Assembly (NCBI GenBank): GCA_041737355.1
Contig: JBGSRW010000010.1
Span: 3,935-67,934, forward strand
Length of the DNA: 64,000 nucleotides
Direction of reading: 5' to 3'
Source: Patescibacteria group bacterium
Lineage (GTDB): Bacteria; Patescibacteriota; Patescibacteriia; XYB2-FULL-38-15
A program made the position numbers and the translations under genes. The notes under the pieces are model-generated. The model ran no database searches. It was not told the origin of the DNA and worked only from the letters and a program-made list of their open reading frames with translations. Positions within the stretch are counted from its first letter, which is position 1. Each line of letters begins with the position of its first letter. Positions 16,110 to 25,887 of this stretch are shown here, one piece after another.

Positions 16110-18635
16110 ATGGAGCTATTTTCTTTCCAAAAAAAGACAGCTAAGAGGGCGATGGATCTTATGTTTGCTAAGTCTAATCCGACTGATGCGGTTTTTATAA
16201 TTGATGAAGTTGGTCTGGGAAAAACTAAAGAGGCGCTGGAAATCCTCAGAAGAAGCAGGGAGAAACTAAGGGGCAAGTTTAAAGCAATCATCATTACCCC
16301 CTCAAAAAGGCTGATTAGCCAATGGAAAAAGGAAAGCCGGGAATTTAATTCCGAAAAACAAATTTTTAACATTGAGCCAAGCGAGGCGACAAGAAAATTA
16401 TATGAAAGCGGAAAAATAACCCTTATCAACGCCGCCTTGAACTACGACCAAAAAATCAATCTAGCATTTTCCAGCGGCAATGAATTGAAAAATTTCAGGT
16501 CAACTAATTATCTGGAGCGCGAGTATATAATGTCTTTTTTTTCAAAAAGAAAAAGGGGCAAAAAATTTTTCAGGAAGCTGGGCGTTTCTCAAAATCAAAT
16601 TCCGGATGTTTACAATAAATCATTCCGAAAAATAAGCCGTAAAGACATTTCTTTGAGTGAGGCAATAAAAAGCATTAAAGATCAAACAAGTATTTCAGAG
16701 TTTAAGAAAAGATGGTTGGAAAATATAGGGGAAAGGCATAAATTTACTTCCATTGTAGTTGATGAATTCCATAATTATGTTAATTTAGCGGCTAAAAAAA
16801 ATTTAGATAAAATTTCTGGTGAGGAAAAAGAGGTCGATTATGATATCCAAATCTGGGACGAATTTTTCAGGTTGCAGGCGGATGACGGAGCTAGGAAGGT
16901 TAAAAAAATTTACTTATCAGCTACGCCGTTCAAGCCAATCAGATTGAACATCGGTCCTGAAAATCAAAATGACCCGATTTCTTATATCTTGAATGGGCTG
17001 AGTAATTCTTTCACCTATGGAGACCAGGAAAAGCTTGGCAAAAAGATTTTGAATTATAATGAGAATGTTTTAGAGATAAGAAAAAAAATAGCTTATCTAG
17101 CGAATAATCTAGGCAAGAAGGATATTAACGGAAAAGATATAGCAGAAGTTTTAAAAGATAGGGAGTTAATTGAGCTTAAGAGTAAAATAACAATAACTAA
17201 GCGGGAGATTGAAAAAATATTGAGCCGCTATTTATTGAGAAACGAAAGGAAACAAAAGAAATTTACAAGGATAACGATTGCTAAAACAATTAAAATTTCT
17301 AAAGAATTTGATAGATATATAAATCTTTTTGAAGCAATGTATCGAAGTAGATCAGTAGATCAAAGGTATGACGGCCTGCAAACCTATTTTACTTCCGGCG
17401 ATTTTTTTGACCGTTCGTATAAGCGTGAACATTATAAGGCGCTGGAAAATCTAAAGAAGAAAAGTAAATATCTTAAAAAATCTGATTTTAGAAATTATTT
17501 AAAAACGCACCCTAAATTAGAAGAGCTTAAAAAAATAATAAGAGAAGATTTGAAATGGTTCAAGTCTAAAGGCAACCCTCCTTGTTGGTTAGACGTTTAT
17601 AATCCCGAGGGGTATTCTAAGGCGCTTGTTTTTTGCGGCTATAGAGGTACACAGAATTATTTGGAAAAAGAAACAAAAAAGGAATATGAACATAAAGTTA
17701 AAAAAATATTTAAACCCTCAAATGTTTTGAAGAATACAATTGAAAAAATGTTTAAAAATATTACCGGCTATGATGGTATCGAGGAAAAACAGAGGGATAT
17801 CGTAGAAAATTTCTACGGATATCTGCCTTCGTATATTAAGAGATGGGGTTTAAGAAAAAGCGAGAGAGTTACAGCCAGGCAATTAAAGCGGTATATCAAA
17901 AAAAATAAATTGGAAGAAGTATTAAAATATTATTTTGAACGTGTTTGCGATAAAAAGCAGGAAAAATTTTTCGAAAACATTAAGGCCATTACAGAATGGA
18001 CACTGATGCAAAGCAGGCACGGCGTAATTGCCAAGTACGGAGAAATGTCAGGCGGCAAAGGAAAAAGAAGCGGGGTTGAGCGCATAGAGGATCTGCGGAC
18101 TGCCTTTAACTCCCCATTTTATCCCTACATTATGATTTCTACTAATGCTGGTTCGGAGGGGATTAGTCTGCATTCTTATTGCCGCAATGTTATCCATTAC
18201 GAACAGGATTGGATGCCAGCAACAATTGAACAAAGAAGTGGCAGGGTAGATAGGATAAATTCACTGGCGGCAAGGTTAAGAATAGAAGAGATTAAAGATA
18301 AAAATGATTTGGAAAAATTAAAGCATAGTCCCCACGCCGATCATTTACTAGAGCCAGGCAAGCCACAAGTTGAAGTTTGCGATCATTACATGCATAATAA
18401 AGATGTAAAAATAAATATATACCGGCTGGTTATGGAAGCAACCATAGACGAATATATGTATAATAGGGAGAGGGAACGTGCATTATGGGTTGATTTGTTT
18501 GTTGGCGGAGAAGATGTTAACAAAATGTTGGATTCAAGCGTCGGTTTGAATTTCAATATTTCTGATGAGAGCGTTAAATTGGAGTTAGATAAATTGATAG
18601 AGGAAATAAAAATAAAAGTAGGAGAAATAAAATAA
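16110..18635 (+). CDS. SNF2-family (SF2) helicase-like ATPase
   Basis: Motif I IIDEVGLGKT, motif II VVDEFHNY, motif III LSATPF, motif V STNAGSEGISL, motif VI DWMPATIEQRSGRVDRI (SNF2-like DWNP...Q..R..R). Confidence 0.75.
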   Translation: MELFSFQKKTAKRAMDLMFAKSNPTDAVFIIDEVGLGKTKEALEILRRSREKLRGKFKAIIITPSKRLISQWKKESREFNSEKQIFNIEPSEATRKLYESGKITLINAALNYDQKINLAFSSGNELKNFRSTNYLEREYIMSFFSKRKRGKKFFRKLGVSQNQIPDVYNKSFRKISRKDISLSEAIKSIKDQTSISEFKKRWLENIGERHKFTSIVVDEFHNYVNLAAKKNLDKISGEEKEVDYDIQIWDEFFRLQADDGARKVKKIYLSATPFKPIRLNIGPENQNDPISYILNGLSNSFTYGDQEKLGKKILNYNENVLEIRKKIAYLANNLGKKDINGKDIAEVLKDRELIELKSKITITKREIEKILSRYLLRNERKQKKFTRITIAKTIKISKEFDRYINLFEAMYRSRSVDQRYDGLQTYFTSGDFFDRSYKREHYKALENLKKKSKYLKKSDFRNYLKTHPKLEELKKIIREDLKWFKSKGNPPCWLDVYNPEGYSKALVFCGYRGTQNYLEKETKKEYEHKVKKIFKPSNVLKNTIEKMFKNITGYDGIEEKQRDIVENFYGYLPSYIKRWGLRKSERVTARQLKRYIKKNKLEEVLKYYFERVCDKKQEKFFENIKAITEWTLMQSRHGVIAKYGEMSGGKGKRSGVERIEDLRTAFNSPFYPYIMISTNAGSEGISLHSYCRNVIHYEQDWMPATIEQRSGRVDRINSLAARLRIEEIKDKNDLEKLKHSPHADHLLEPGKPQVEVCDHYMHNKDVKINIYRLVMEATIDEYMYNRERERALWVDLFVGGEDVNKMLDSSVGLNFNISDESVKLELDKLIEEIKIKVGEIK

Positions 18636-18642
18636 TTTATAT

Positions 18643-19173
18643 TTGATAAATATTTTAAACGATCGGATTTTTAGTATGGATGTTAATAAAGAAAGAAAAG
18701 TTTGCCGGGATTATTTGGTGGCGCGTAAGAAATTTTTAAAATTTGCTAATAAAAGTGAATTATTGCGGGGCAATGATAATATTATTGGCAGCCGAATTGG
18801 GGAATTTATTGCCTGGGAATTTTTGGATAAACAAAAAAGGAAGCCGAAGATGAATGAGCGAGCTAATGTTGAAGGTCATGATATGGTTTGTAAGGATGGC
18901 AAAAAAATTTCCGTTAAACTAATTAGTCCGGAGAACAAAACGGGAAGAACGACAAGGTTGGGTAAAAATTGGGATGAATTTTTATTAATTATTCTCGGCG
19001 ATAATTATAAAGTAGCTAAAATTGGTCATATCACCCGAAGCCAATTTAATAAAGATAAAAAAATAAGGAGTGCTAACCCGTATACAACTCGATCGATGTT
19101 AGGGGAAAAGGGTTTGTTTGTAAGATCTAGGGGGCGTGTTTATAAAAAGGAAGAAGTTAGTTGGTTAATATAG
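18643..19173 (+). CDS. Hypothetical protein (176 aa), last gene of the defense operon
   Basis: TTG start at 18643 with an alternative ATG at 18676. Basic protein. Weak D...VK pattern. Confidence 0.45.
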   Translation: MINILNDRIFSMDVNKERKVCRDYLVARKKFLKFANKSELLRGNDNIIGSRIGEFIAWEFLDKQKRKPKMNERANVEGHDMVCKDGKKISVKLISPENKTGRTTRLGKNWDEFLLIILGDNYKVAKIGHITRSQFNKDKKIRSANPYTTRSMLGEKGLFVRSRGRVYKKEEVSWLI

Positions 19174-19206
19174 CTGGGAGAAGAGAAAATAAAATTGAAA
19201 TAAATT

Positions 19207-19545
19207 ATGGATCCAGCGGTTCGGACAATGGTAAACAAAATGCTTATTGGTTTTTGGCCGATTTTTGTTTGTCTGATAGGAATTTTAGCTATTTTGTTAA
19301 TAGATATATATGTATACCGGTTGGCGAAACCGTGGATAGCCAAGAAAGATAAGATGTTGGTTAGTTTGCTTTTTAGATTTTTGGGAGTGATTGGGTTTTT
19401 TATGGTGCTCGGATTATTGATTTCTTCCCTTGCGGATGCGTGGCAATCATTTTATTGGTATGGAGCGGGATTAGTTGCGGTAATTTTGGGATTTGCATTG
19501 GTGGCGATAGTTTTGAAATATAAATTTTTGAGAAATAAAAAATAA
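19207..19545 (+). CDS. Small membrane protein
   Basis: Three predicted TM helices. Confidence 0.5.
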   Translation: MDPAVRTMVNKMLIGFWPIFVCLIGILAILLIDIYVYRLAKPWIAKKDKMLVSLLFRFLGVIGFFMVLGLLISSLADAWQSFYWYGAGLVAVILGFALVAIVLKYKFLRNKK

Positions 19546-19565
19546 ATATTTTAAGCGAAAAATTT

Positions 19566-19913
19566 GTGGATAAGAAAATTGCCGGATATATTGAGAAACA
19601 AAAATCTCCCCAAAAGGAAATTTTAGAGGAAGTAAGGAAAATAATCTTGAAAACGCTTCCCGGCTGCGGCGAGGAGGCAAAATGGGGAGTTATTGCCTTT
19701 GCCGGCGGAAAATTTTATATTGCCGCCCTCCGGGATTCGGTCAATATCGGTTTTGCCATCGGCGGTTTGGATAAAAAAGAAATCGGCCTTTTTTCTGGCG
19801 GCGGAAAAACCATGAGGCACATTAAGATCCGGACAAAAAAAGAAATTGACGAGAAAAAGTTAAGGAAACTCTTAAAACTCGTTTATAAAAAGGCCAAATG
19901 CCAGCCTTGTTAA
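19566..19913 (+). CDS. DUF1801 (YdhG-like) domain protein
   Basis: GTG start. Pattern typical of DUF1801 (GYIEKQKSPQKEILEEVRKIIL...GVIAF...FYIAA). Confidence 0.55.
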   Translation: MDKKIAGYIEKQKSPQKEILEEVRKIILKTLPGCGEEAKWGVIAFAGGKFYIAALRDSVNIGFAIGGLDKKEIGLFSGGGKTMRHIKIRTKKEIDEKKLRKLLKLVYKKAKCQPC

Positions 19914-19929
19914 ATTTTAAAATAATTTT

Positions 19930-20151
19930 ATGGACGAACAATTTTTAGTTCAAAACGCGTGGGTTATCGGGCTGGCCGTACTCTGGACCCTGCCCTGGAA
20001 AGGAATGGCCCTGTGGAAAGCCGCCAGAAACAGCGATAAATGGTGGTTCATCGCCCTCATGCTGATTAACACCTTGGGCTTGCTGGAAATTCTCTATATT
20101 TTCATTTTCAGCAAAAAGAAAAGCGAACCGACGCAACCGCAAAACGTGTAG
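19930..20151 (+). CDS. Small membrane protein
   Basis: Two TM helices. Confidence 0.5.
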   Translation: MDEQFLVQNAWVIGLAVLWTLPWKGMALWKAARNSDKWWFIALMLINTLGLLEILYIFIFSKKKSEPTQPQNV

Positions 20152-20185
20152 CGTGAAGCGTAATAAATTTGATAAACCGTAAACT

Positions 20186-20476
20186 ATGTTTGAAAATTTT
20201 GCCTGGTCAACGAGGGAATCGGTTTTGTCCGTTTTTTGGGCGGTTTATGTGAGCTGCCTTTTGGCCAATATTTATTATTTCTGGAAAAACGAGACCTGGA
20301 AGATCCCGGGGGCGATGCTCCGGCTGGGCAGGCCGCTTGTTCTCTACGGTTTGCTTGCCGTCATGCTCGTTACGGCGCCGGCCGAGATGGAAAAATTTTA
20401 CGGCTACATGATGCTCATCTTTTTTCTTTTTGTCCTCCCGATTATTGACGTAATCAGGCTCGTGATAAAAAAATAG
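20186..20476 (+). CDS. Small membrane protein
   Basis: Three TM helices. Confidence 0.5.
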   Translation: MFENFAWSTRESVLSVFWAVYVSCLLANIYYFWKNETWKIPGAMLRLGRPLVLYGLLAVMLVTAPAEMEKFYGYMMLIFFLFVLPIIDVIRLVIKK

Positions 20477-20477
20477 A

Positions 20478-20557
20478 CCCGTCGACAAGTATTACACGCT
20501 TTGCCCTCGTTCCCGCGCTCGGGCGCGGAGAACTCGGGACACATTATAAAAATATAA
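20478..20557 (+). repeat. Conserved intergenic element, copy A (CGACAAGTATTA...CGTTCCCGCG...CGCGGAGAACTCGGGACACATTATAAAAA)
   Basis: About 80 nt sharing blocks with 28862-29004. Ends directly at a start codon. Confidence 0.6.
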
Positions 20558-20800
20558 ATGTATTACTTATACATCCTCGAATGTTCCGATAAAACTTTGT
20601 ACACCGGCATTACGACCGATCCGGCCCGGAGAACCGCGGAGCACAATTCGTCAAAGCTTGGCGCGAGGTATACCCGGACCCGCCGGCCGGTAAAACTCGT
20701 TTATTCAAAAAAATTTAAGAATCGTTCGGCAGCCGCCAAAGAAGAAAGCCGGATTAAGAAACTATCAAGGGATGAGAAATTGGAATTGGTAAACGCATGA
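20558..20800 (+). CDS. GIY-YIG nuclease family protein
   Basis: YLYILECSDKTLYTGITTDPARRTAEHN, a canonical GIY-YIG motif. Confidence 0.8.
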   Translation: MYYLYILECSDKTLYTGITTDPARRTAEHNSSKLGARYTRTRRPVKLVYSKKFKNRSAAAKEESRIKKLSRDEKLELVNA

Positions 20801-21456
20801 TTAAAATAGATAAAATTATCCGTTCCCGGAGAAAAACCCTTGCCCTTATCGTCTCTCCTGATGCGGTGCTCACGGTCCGCGCCCCGCACTGGATTTCCCT
20901 GGACTATATTAAAAGTTTTGTCTTTGAAAAAAGATTTTGGATCAATAAAAAACAGCGGCAGATTTTAGCCCGGGGTGTGGTGAAGAAAAAAGAATTTGTA
21001 GAGGGCGAAGAATTTTTTTACCTTGGAGAAAAATACAAATTAAGAGTCCGGGATTGCGGGGAGATTGAATTGACTGACGATTTATATTTTCCCGCAAAAT
21101 ATCTCCGTGTTGCCCGGGCAATGATGGCTTCCTGGTATAAAAGAAAGACGCGGGAGATAATATTGGAGCGGGCCGGCTTTTACAGCAAAATGACCGGCTG
21201 GAAATTCAAATCGATTTCCGTTAACGGAGCCGAGAGGCGCTGGGGCTCCTGCGGAGCAAACGGGTCAATCAATTTCAGCTATCGGCTCGCGATGGCTCCG
21301 CCCGGGATAATCGATTATGTGGTTGCCCACGAGCTCGCCCATATTCCGGAGAAAAATCACTCGGCAAGATTCTGGGCCAAGGTTGGAATGGTTTTGCCCG
21401 ATTACAAGATAAGGCGGAAGTGGCTCAGGGATAATGAAAGAAATTTAAAAATTTAA
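20797..21456 (+). CDS. YgjP-like metallopeptidase (DUF45/M48-related, HEXXH)
   Basis: WGSC...YVVAHELAHIPEKNHSARFW. Confidence 0.75.
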   Translation: MIKIDKIIRSRRKTLALIVSPDAVLTVRAPHWISLDYIKSFVFEKRFWINKKQRQILARGVVKKKEFVEGEEFFYLGEKYKLRVRDCGEIELTDDLYFPAKYLRVARAMMASWYKRKTREIILERAGFYSKMTGWKFKSISVNGAERRWGSCGANGSINFSYRLAMAPPGIIDYVVAHELAHIPEKNHSARFWAKVGMVLPDYKIRRKWLRDNERNLKI

Positions 21457-21474
21457 TAAATAAAACTTAAACCT

Positions 21475-22329
21475 ATGAACAAAAAACTGATTGTAATTTT
21501 GGCGGCGGTCGCGGTTGTCGCGGCAGCGGCTGTTTGCATCTATTATTTTGGAAATTTTTGGCGGGAAGTTGTTTATGACAACGCCAATCAAAACGCCAAC
21601 CAAAACACCAACGAGCCGTTGATTGGCGGGCAAAAAGACGCGCATGGATGTTTAGTCGCCGCCGGTTATTCCTGGTGCGAACCAAAACAAAAATGTTTGA
21701 GAGTCTGGGAAGAAAGATGTTACGAGGCGGAAGAAGCGGCGCTGGCCCAGATTTTTGCTTCCGAACACGAAGAGACAATCGCCCGGACTCATGTCAGGAT
21801 TAACGTGCTGCAAAATAATTTTGCCGCCGGCGGTATTTCTTTCGGTGAAGTCGCCGGCGAGGGAGGGGCATTTTTGGCCCGTCTGGCCGACGGCGCCTGG
21901 GCAGTCGATTATGAGGGCAACGGTTCAATTGATTGTCCGAAAGTAAGAGACCTTGGTTATCCGGAAGAAGTTCTCGTGGGGTTTTGCGATGTTATCTGCG
22001 CGGCCGACGCCAAGCTTTGTTCCGACGGCAGTTATGTCGGCAGGGTTGCGCCCAATTGCGAGTTCGCGCTCTGTCCCGGAGAAAATAAGCCGACGTTTTC
22101 GGAGGCCGAAGCCCGGGCGATCGCCGAGGCATCCTGCATCAAAGGCGGGGAAGCCCTGGGGTCCGGCATTTACAATGAAAATACAAAAACCTGGTGGTTT
22201 GATGCCAACTTGAACGCGACGCGCGAAGGCTGCAATCCGGCCTGCGTGGTTGACGAAGTGACGAAAACCGCCGAAATAAACTGGCGCTGCACCGGGCTCA
22301 TTGTGCCGGAAAAAGAAAGCGGAGAGTAA
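21475..22329 (+). CDS. Secreted/membrane-anchored hypothetical protein
   Basis: N-terminal TM/signal. Contains a C.DGSYVGR..P.CEFALCP motif. Confidence 0.6.
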   Translation: MNKKLIVILAAVAVVAAAAVCIYYFGNFWREVVYDNANQNANQNTNEPLIGGQKDAHGCLVAAGYSWCEPKQKCLRVWEERCYEAEEAALAQIFASEHEETIARTHVRINVLQNNFAAGGISFGEVAGEGGAFLARLADGAWAVDYEGNGSIDCPKVRDLGYPEEVLVGFCDVICAADAKLCSDGSYVGRVAPNCEFALCPGENKPTFSEAEARAIAEASCIKGGEALGSGIYNENTKTWWFDANLNATREGCNPACVVDEVTKTAEINWRCTGLIVPEKESGE

Positions 22330-22334
22330 AAACC

Positions 22335-22589
22335 ATGAAAGATAAAAACAATCTTGAGATAATTCCCGGCGTGGGTAAAAGCATTGCCGAGGATTTGCGA
22401 AATATCGGCATCCAAACGGTCGCGGACCTGAAAGGCAAGGATCCGGAAAAATTGTTTGAAACGTCCAATCGCCATGAAGGCAAAAGACAGGACAGGTGCT
22501 TGCTGTATGTTTTCCGCGAAGCGGTCTATTTTGCCGAACATAAAAATCCCGATCCGGAAAAACTTAAATGGTGGAACTGGAAAGATTAA
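22335..22589 (+). CDS. Helix-hairpin-helix domain protein (Cdd1/pathogenicity-locus-like)
   Basis: IPGVGKSIAEDLRNIGIQTVADL. Confidence 0.6.
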   Translation: MKDKNNLEIIPGVGKSIAEDLRNIGIQTVADLKGKDPEKLFETSNRHEGKRQDRCLLYVFREAVYFAEHKNPDPEKLKWWNWKD

Positions 22590-22616
22590 AAATTTATTCC
22601 TAAAATAAAAAAACTT

Positions 22617-23411
22617 ATGAACAAAAAAATTATTTTAGCCGTCGCGGCGATTTCGTATGCCGCCATGGTCGCGGTAAATTACCTGGCCGGAGTCGGGAAA
22701 ATAAACAATGTCGGGACAGGGGCGGTTTCCGACGCTTACCGGAATCTTTTTACTCCGGCCGGCTACGCTTTCTCGATATGGGGGCTGATTTACCTGCTGC
22801 TTGGCGCTTACACCGTTTACCAGTTTGTCGCCGTCCGTAAAAACAAGGAGAAAGAAAATCTTTTTGCCGACCTTGGTAAATATTTTATTGCCACCTCGAT
22901 TCTAAACATTGCCTGGATTTTCGCCTGGCATAATTTCCAAATTGTTCTTACGGTTATCCTGATGCTCGGTCTGCTTTATTGCCTGGTCCGGATCGCCGAC
23001 CGGCTGCGCCTGGAAAATTTTTCAGCTAAAGAAAAAATATTGGTAAAACTTCCTTTCAGTATTTATTTTGGCTGGATCAGCGTGGCGACCATTGCCAATG
23101 TCACCATCTTGCTTGTGAGCCTCGGGTGGGACCGCTTTGGTTTGTCCGAACAATTCTGGACGATTGTTATACTTTTGGTCGGAGCGGCGATTGGCATCAT
23201 CAGGACGCTTTACGACAGGAATCCTTTTTACGGCCTGGTTTTTATCTGGGCTTATGCCGCGATTCTTTCAAAACATGTTTCGGCCAACGGATTTAACGGT
23301 CTTTACCAGGCAATTGTTTGGACGCTTTCCGGCTGTCTGGTTTTATTTTTTGCCGCGGAAATCATGGTTCTCTTGCGGAAAAATTTAAAACGCCCGGATC
23401 ATAGCGCGTAA
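22617..23411 (+). CDS. Multi-pass membrane protein, Trp-rich (possibly TspO-related)
   Basis: Five or six TM helices. The TspO assignment is uncertain. Confidence 0.5.
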   Translation: MNKKIILAVAAISYAAMVAVNYLAGVGKINNVGTGAVSDAYRNLFTPAGYAFSIWGLIYLLLGAYTVYQFVAVRKNKEKENLFADLGKYFIATSILNIAWIFAWHNFQIVLTVILMLGLLYCLVRIADRLRLENFSAKEKILVKLPFSIYFGWISVATIANVTILLVSLGWDRFGLSEQFWTIVILLVGAAIGIIRTLYDRNPFYGLVFIWAYAAILSKHVSANGFNGLYQAIVWTLSGCLVLFFAAEIMVLLRKNLKRPDHSA

Positions 23412-23431
23412 AATAATATTTATAAAATAAT

Positions 23432-24058
23432 ATGATCAAAAATCAAAAAGGAGTGGGAGTGATTGGGATTGTGATCCTTGCGGTTTTAATCGCGGCCGCG
23501 GCAAGCATTGTCATTTTAGCCAAAGTAAATCCGGAAAAGTTTCAGTCCGTCTCGGACAAGCTCGCAAGCATTGTTACTTCCAAGCCGCCGATCGGAAATT
23601 TGACCCCGGCCCGCGATTTGCGGGGAACCTGGATTTCTTCTTTGTCGGGCAAGGGGATGCAGTTGTCCGGACAATTTACGACAGAGAATGCCGTGACCGA
23701 TGTTTGGGAAGACGGCGACATAGAAATTAAGATCGAGAACGTGGAAAACAATATTGCCTCCGGCACGATCCGCTATTTTAATGCCTGCGGCTGGGGCACT
23801 TCGACCGTTACTATCCCCGGCCAAGGCAAGAGAGTTATTTCCGTTCCCAAAACCTGCGCGGCCGATACGGGACATCAGCCAATCGAGATAAGAGTGAGTT
23901 CGAGCGCCCTGGATTTTGGAACGGTTAAGGCGGGCGGCGTTACCGCGACCATGCAGGGCAGTTTTACTACCGATCTGATGCACGGCACCATGACCATGAC
24001 TTATCCTCCTTATGGAGCGGTAAAAGGGCTGTTCACTCTCATGCGGCAGAGAGAGTAG
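23432..24058 (+). CDS. Secreted hypothetical protein with N-terminal TM anchor
   Basis: Hydrophobic N-terminus. Confidence 0.5.
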   Translation: MIKNQKGVGVIGIVILAVLIAAAASIVILAKVNPEKFQSVSDKLASIVTSKPPIGNLTPARDLRGTWISSLSGKGMQLSGQFTTENAVTDVWEDGDIEIKIENVENNIASGTIRYFNACGWGTSTVTIPGQGKRVISVPKTCAADTGHQPIEIRVSSSALDFGTVKAGGVTATMQGSFTTDLMHGTMTMTYPPYGAVKGLFTLMRQRE

Positions 24059-24099
24059 AATGCAGCTTGTAAGTTATAATTTATATTTTTAATAAACCT

Positions 24100-24555
24100 A
24101 TGAACAAACAATTTCTAAAAGACGCGCTGTTTTGGGGGTTTATTCTTTGGCTTATCGGCTACGGATTGGGAATGGTGCTTTTTTCTCTCGTGCCGGCCTC
24201 TTATATCGGCTGGATTATCATGCCGATCGGCACGGCCCTCACCATTTGGGTGGTTCTGAAAAAAGTAAAAGGCCCGACCCTGCAATATTACCTGTCTCTG
24301 GCGGTTGTTTGGACGGCGATCGCCGTTGTCTTTGATTACTTTTTTTTGGTCAGGGCTTTCAGGCCGGCTGACGGCTATTACAAATTCGACGTCTATCTCT
24401 ATTACACCCTGACTTTCCTTATTCCGCTCGCTGTCGGCTGGATTAAAAACAGAGCGCCGGAAAAACCGGGGCAAATTTTGGAGGTTAAAAAGACCGAAGA
24501 TTTGGAAACCGTTCCTACGCCGGCCGGCGAGGAGAAAGAGCAAAAACATGAATAA
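24100..24555 (+). CDS. Membrane protein
   Basis: Four TM helices. Confidence 0.5.
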   Translation: MNKQFLKDALFWGFILWLIGYGLGMVLFSLVPASYIGWIIMPIGTALTIWVVLKKVKGPTLQYYLSLAVVWTAIAVVFDYFFLVRAFRPADGYYKFDVYLYYTLTFLIPLAVGWIKNRAPEKPGQILEVKKTEDLETVPTPAGEEKEQKHE

Positions 24556-24787
24556 TTTTTCCAGGCTGAAAAGGCCAAGATACCCCATGCCCGGCTTCCT
24601 CAGGAAGGCGCTTGCCGATAAAAAATTGGCGGAAGCGTACCGGGAGCGTCCGGCCTATCAGCAGAACGATTATATCGGATGGATTACCCGCGCCAAACAG
24701 GAAGCGACAAAACGAAAAAGGCTGGATCAGATGATTGACGAGCTTCGCGGCGGAAAACTTTACATGAAAATGAAGTGGAAAAATTAA
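24548..24787 (+). CDS. YdeI/OmpD-associated family protein
   Basis: DYIGWITRAKQEATKRKRLDQMIDEL. Confidence 0.6.
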   Translation: MNNFSRLKRPRYPMPGFLRKALADKKLAEAYRERPAYQQNDYIGWITRAKQEATKRKRLDQMIDELRGGKLYMKMKWKN

Positions 24788-24809
24788 AAATTTATAAATT
24801 ACGCCGAAT

Positions 24810-25556
24810 ATGGAAGGGAAAAAAGTCAAAAAAATTGTTAAGAAATTTTACGGCAAGATTGCCGCGGGGAAAAGCTGCGGCTGCAGCTGCGGAGGCGGCG
24901 GGAAAGCGGAAAACGAGCGGATCGCCAAAAGCATCGGGTACTCGGCAAAAGAAATAAAAGCCGTTCCCGGGGCCAATCTCGGGCTTGGCTGCGGCAATCC
25001 GGTAGCCATGGGGAAAATAAAAGAAGGCGATACTGTTTTGGATCTGGGTTCCGGAGCCGGGTTTGATTCTTTTTTGGCCGGAAGAAGAGTGGGCAAATCT
25101 GGAAAAGTTATCGGGGTTGATATGACCCCCGAGATGATCGGAAAAGCCCGGGCCAATGCGGAAAAATACGGTTATAAAAATATTGAATTCAGATTGGGTG
25201 ATATTGAAAAATTGCCGGTCGACGATTGTTCAATTGATGTGATAATCAGCAATTGCGTCATCAATCTCGCCCCGGACAAGGCAAAAGTTTTTGCCGAAGG
25301 ATACAGAGTTCTCCGGCCGGGCGGCAGAATGTATGTTTCGGATATTGTTCTCCTTAAAAAACTTTCTCCGGCGCAAAAAGCCGACGAGAATCTGGTTGCC
25401 GGGTGTGTCGGCGGAGCGTTGTTGAAGAAAGATTACTTGAAAATTATCCGGGAGGCGGGTTTTAAAGTAAAAATTTTGTCGGAAGACAGGGAAATCAGCA
25501 AAAGGCAGTATGAGGGGGCGGCCCTCGAGAGCCTTAAGGTCGAGGCCATAAAGTAA
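24810..25556 (+). CDS. arsM: Arsenite methyltransferase-like class I SAM-dependent methyltransferase
   Basis: N-terminal Cys cluster. VLDLGSGAG motif. Typical ArsM pattern. Confidence 0.75.
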   Translation: MEGKKVKKIVKKFYGKIAAGKSCGCSCGGGGKAENERIAKSIGYSAKEIKAVPGANLGLGCGNPVAMGKIKEGDTVLDLGSGAGFDSFLAGRRVGKSGKVIGVDMTPEMIGKARANAEKYGYKNIEFRLGDIEKLPVDDCSIDVIISNCVINLAPDKAKVFAEGYRVLRPGGRMYVSDIVLLKKLSPAQKADENLVAGCVGGALLKKDYLKIIREAGFKVKILSEDREISKRQYEGAALESLKVEAIK

Positions 25557-25576
25557 GGATTAAAATCGCGAAGTAC

Positions 25577-25605
25577 TTGACAAAAGTTTATTTTAGAGGC
25601 ATAAT
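25577..25605 (+). promoter_or_regulatory. Sigma70-like promoter (TTGACA, 17 nt, CATAAT) upstream of csp, with a long 5' UTR
   Basis: Hexamers and spacing. Leader of about 80 nt, typical of cold-shock genes. Confidence 0.5.
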
Positions 25606-25689
25606 TATATCGCAAAATAGCATGCGCGAAAAGTAGTCGATTTTCCAAACATACTTAAATTTGCGTCTTATTTTTAACTTCGAATAGAA

Positions 25690-25887
25690 ATGAACGGTAC
25701 AATCAAGAAAAAAACCGACAAGGGTTTCGGCTTCATCGCCGTCGAAGGCCAGGCAAAAGACCTGTTCTTCCACAGCAAATCTCTGGTCGGCGTCACTTTT
25801 GACGAACTGCAGGAAGGCGACAACGTTACCTTTGAGATGGGAGATTCCCCCAAAGGCCCGAACGCCCTCAATGTGCAGCGCGCCTAA
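25690..25887 (+). CDS. csp: Cold-shock protein (CspA family)
   Basis: KGFGFI RNP1 motif. 65 aa. Confidence 0.9.
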   Translation: MNGTIKKKTDKGFGFIAVEGQAKDLFFHSKSLVGVTFDELQEGDNVTFEMGDSPKGPNALNVQRA

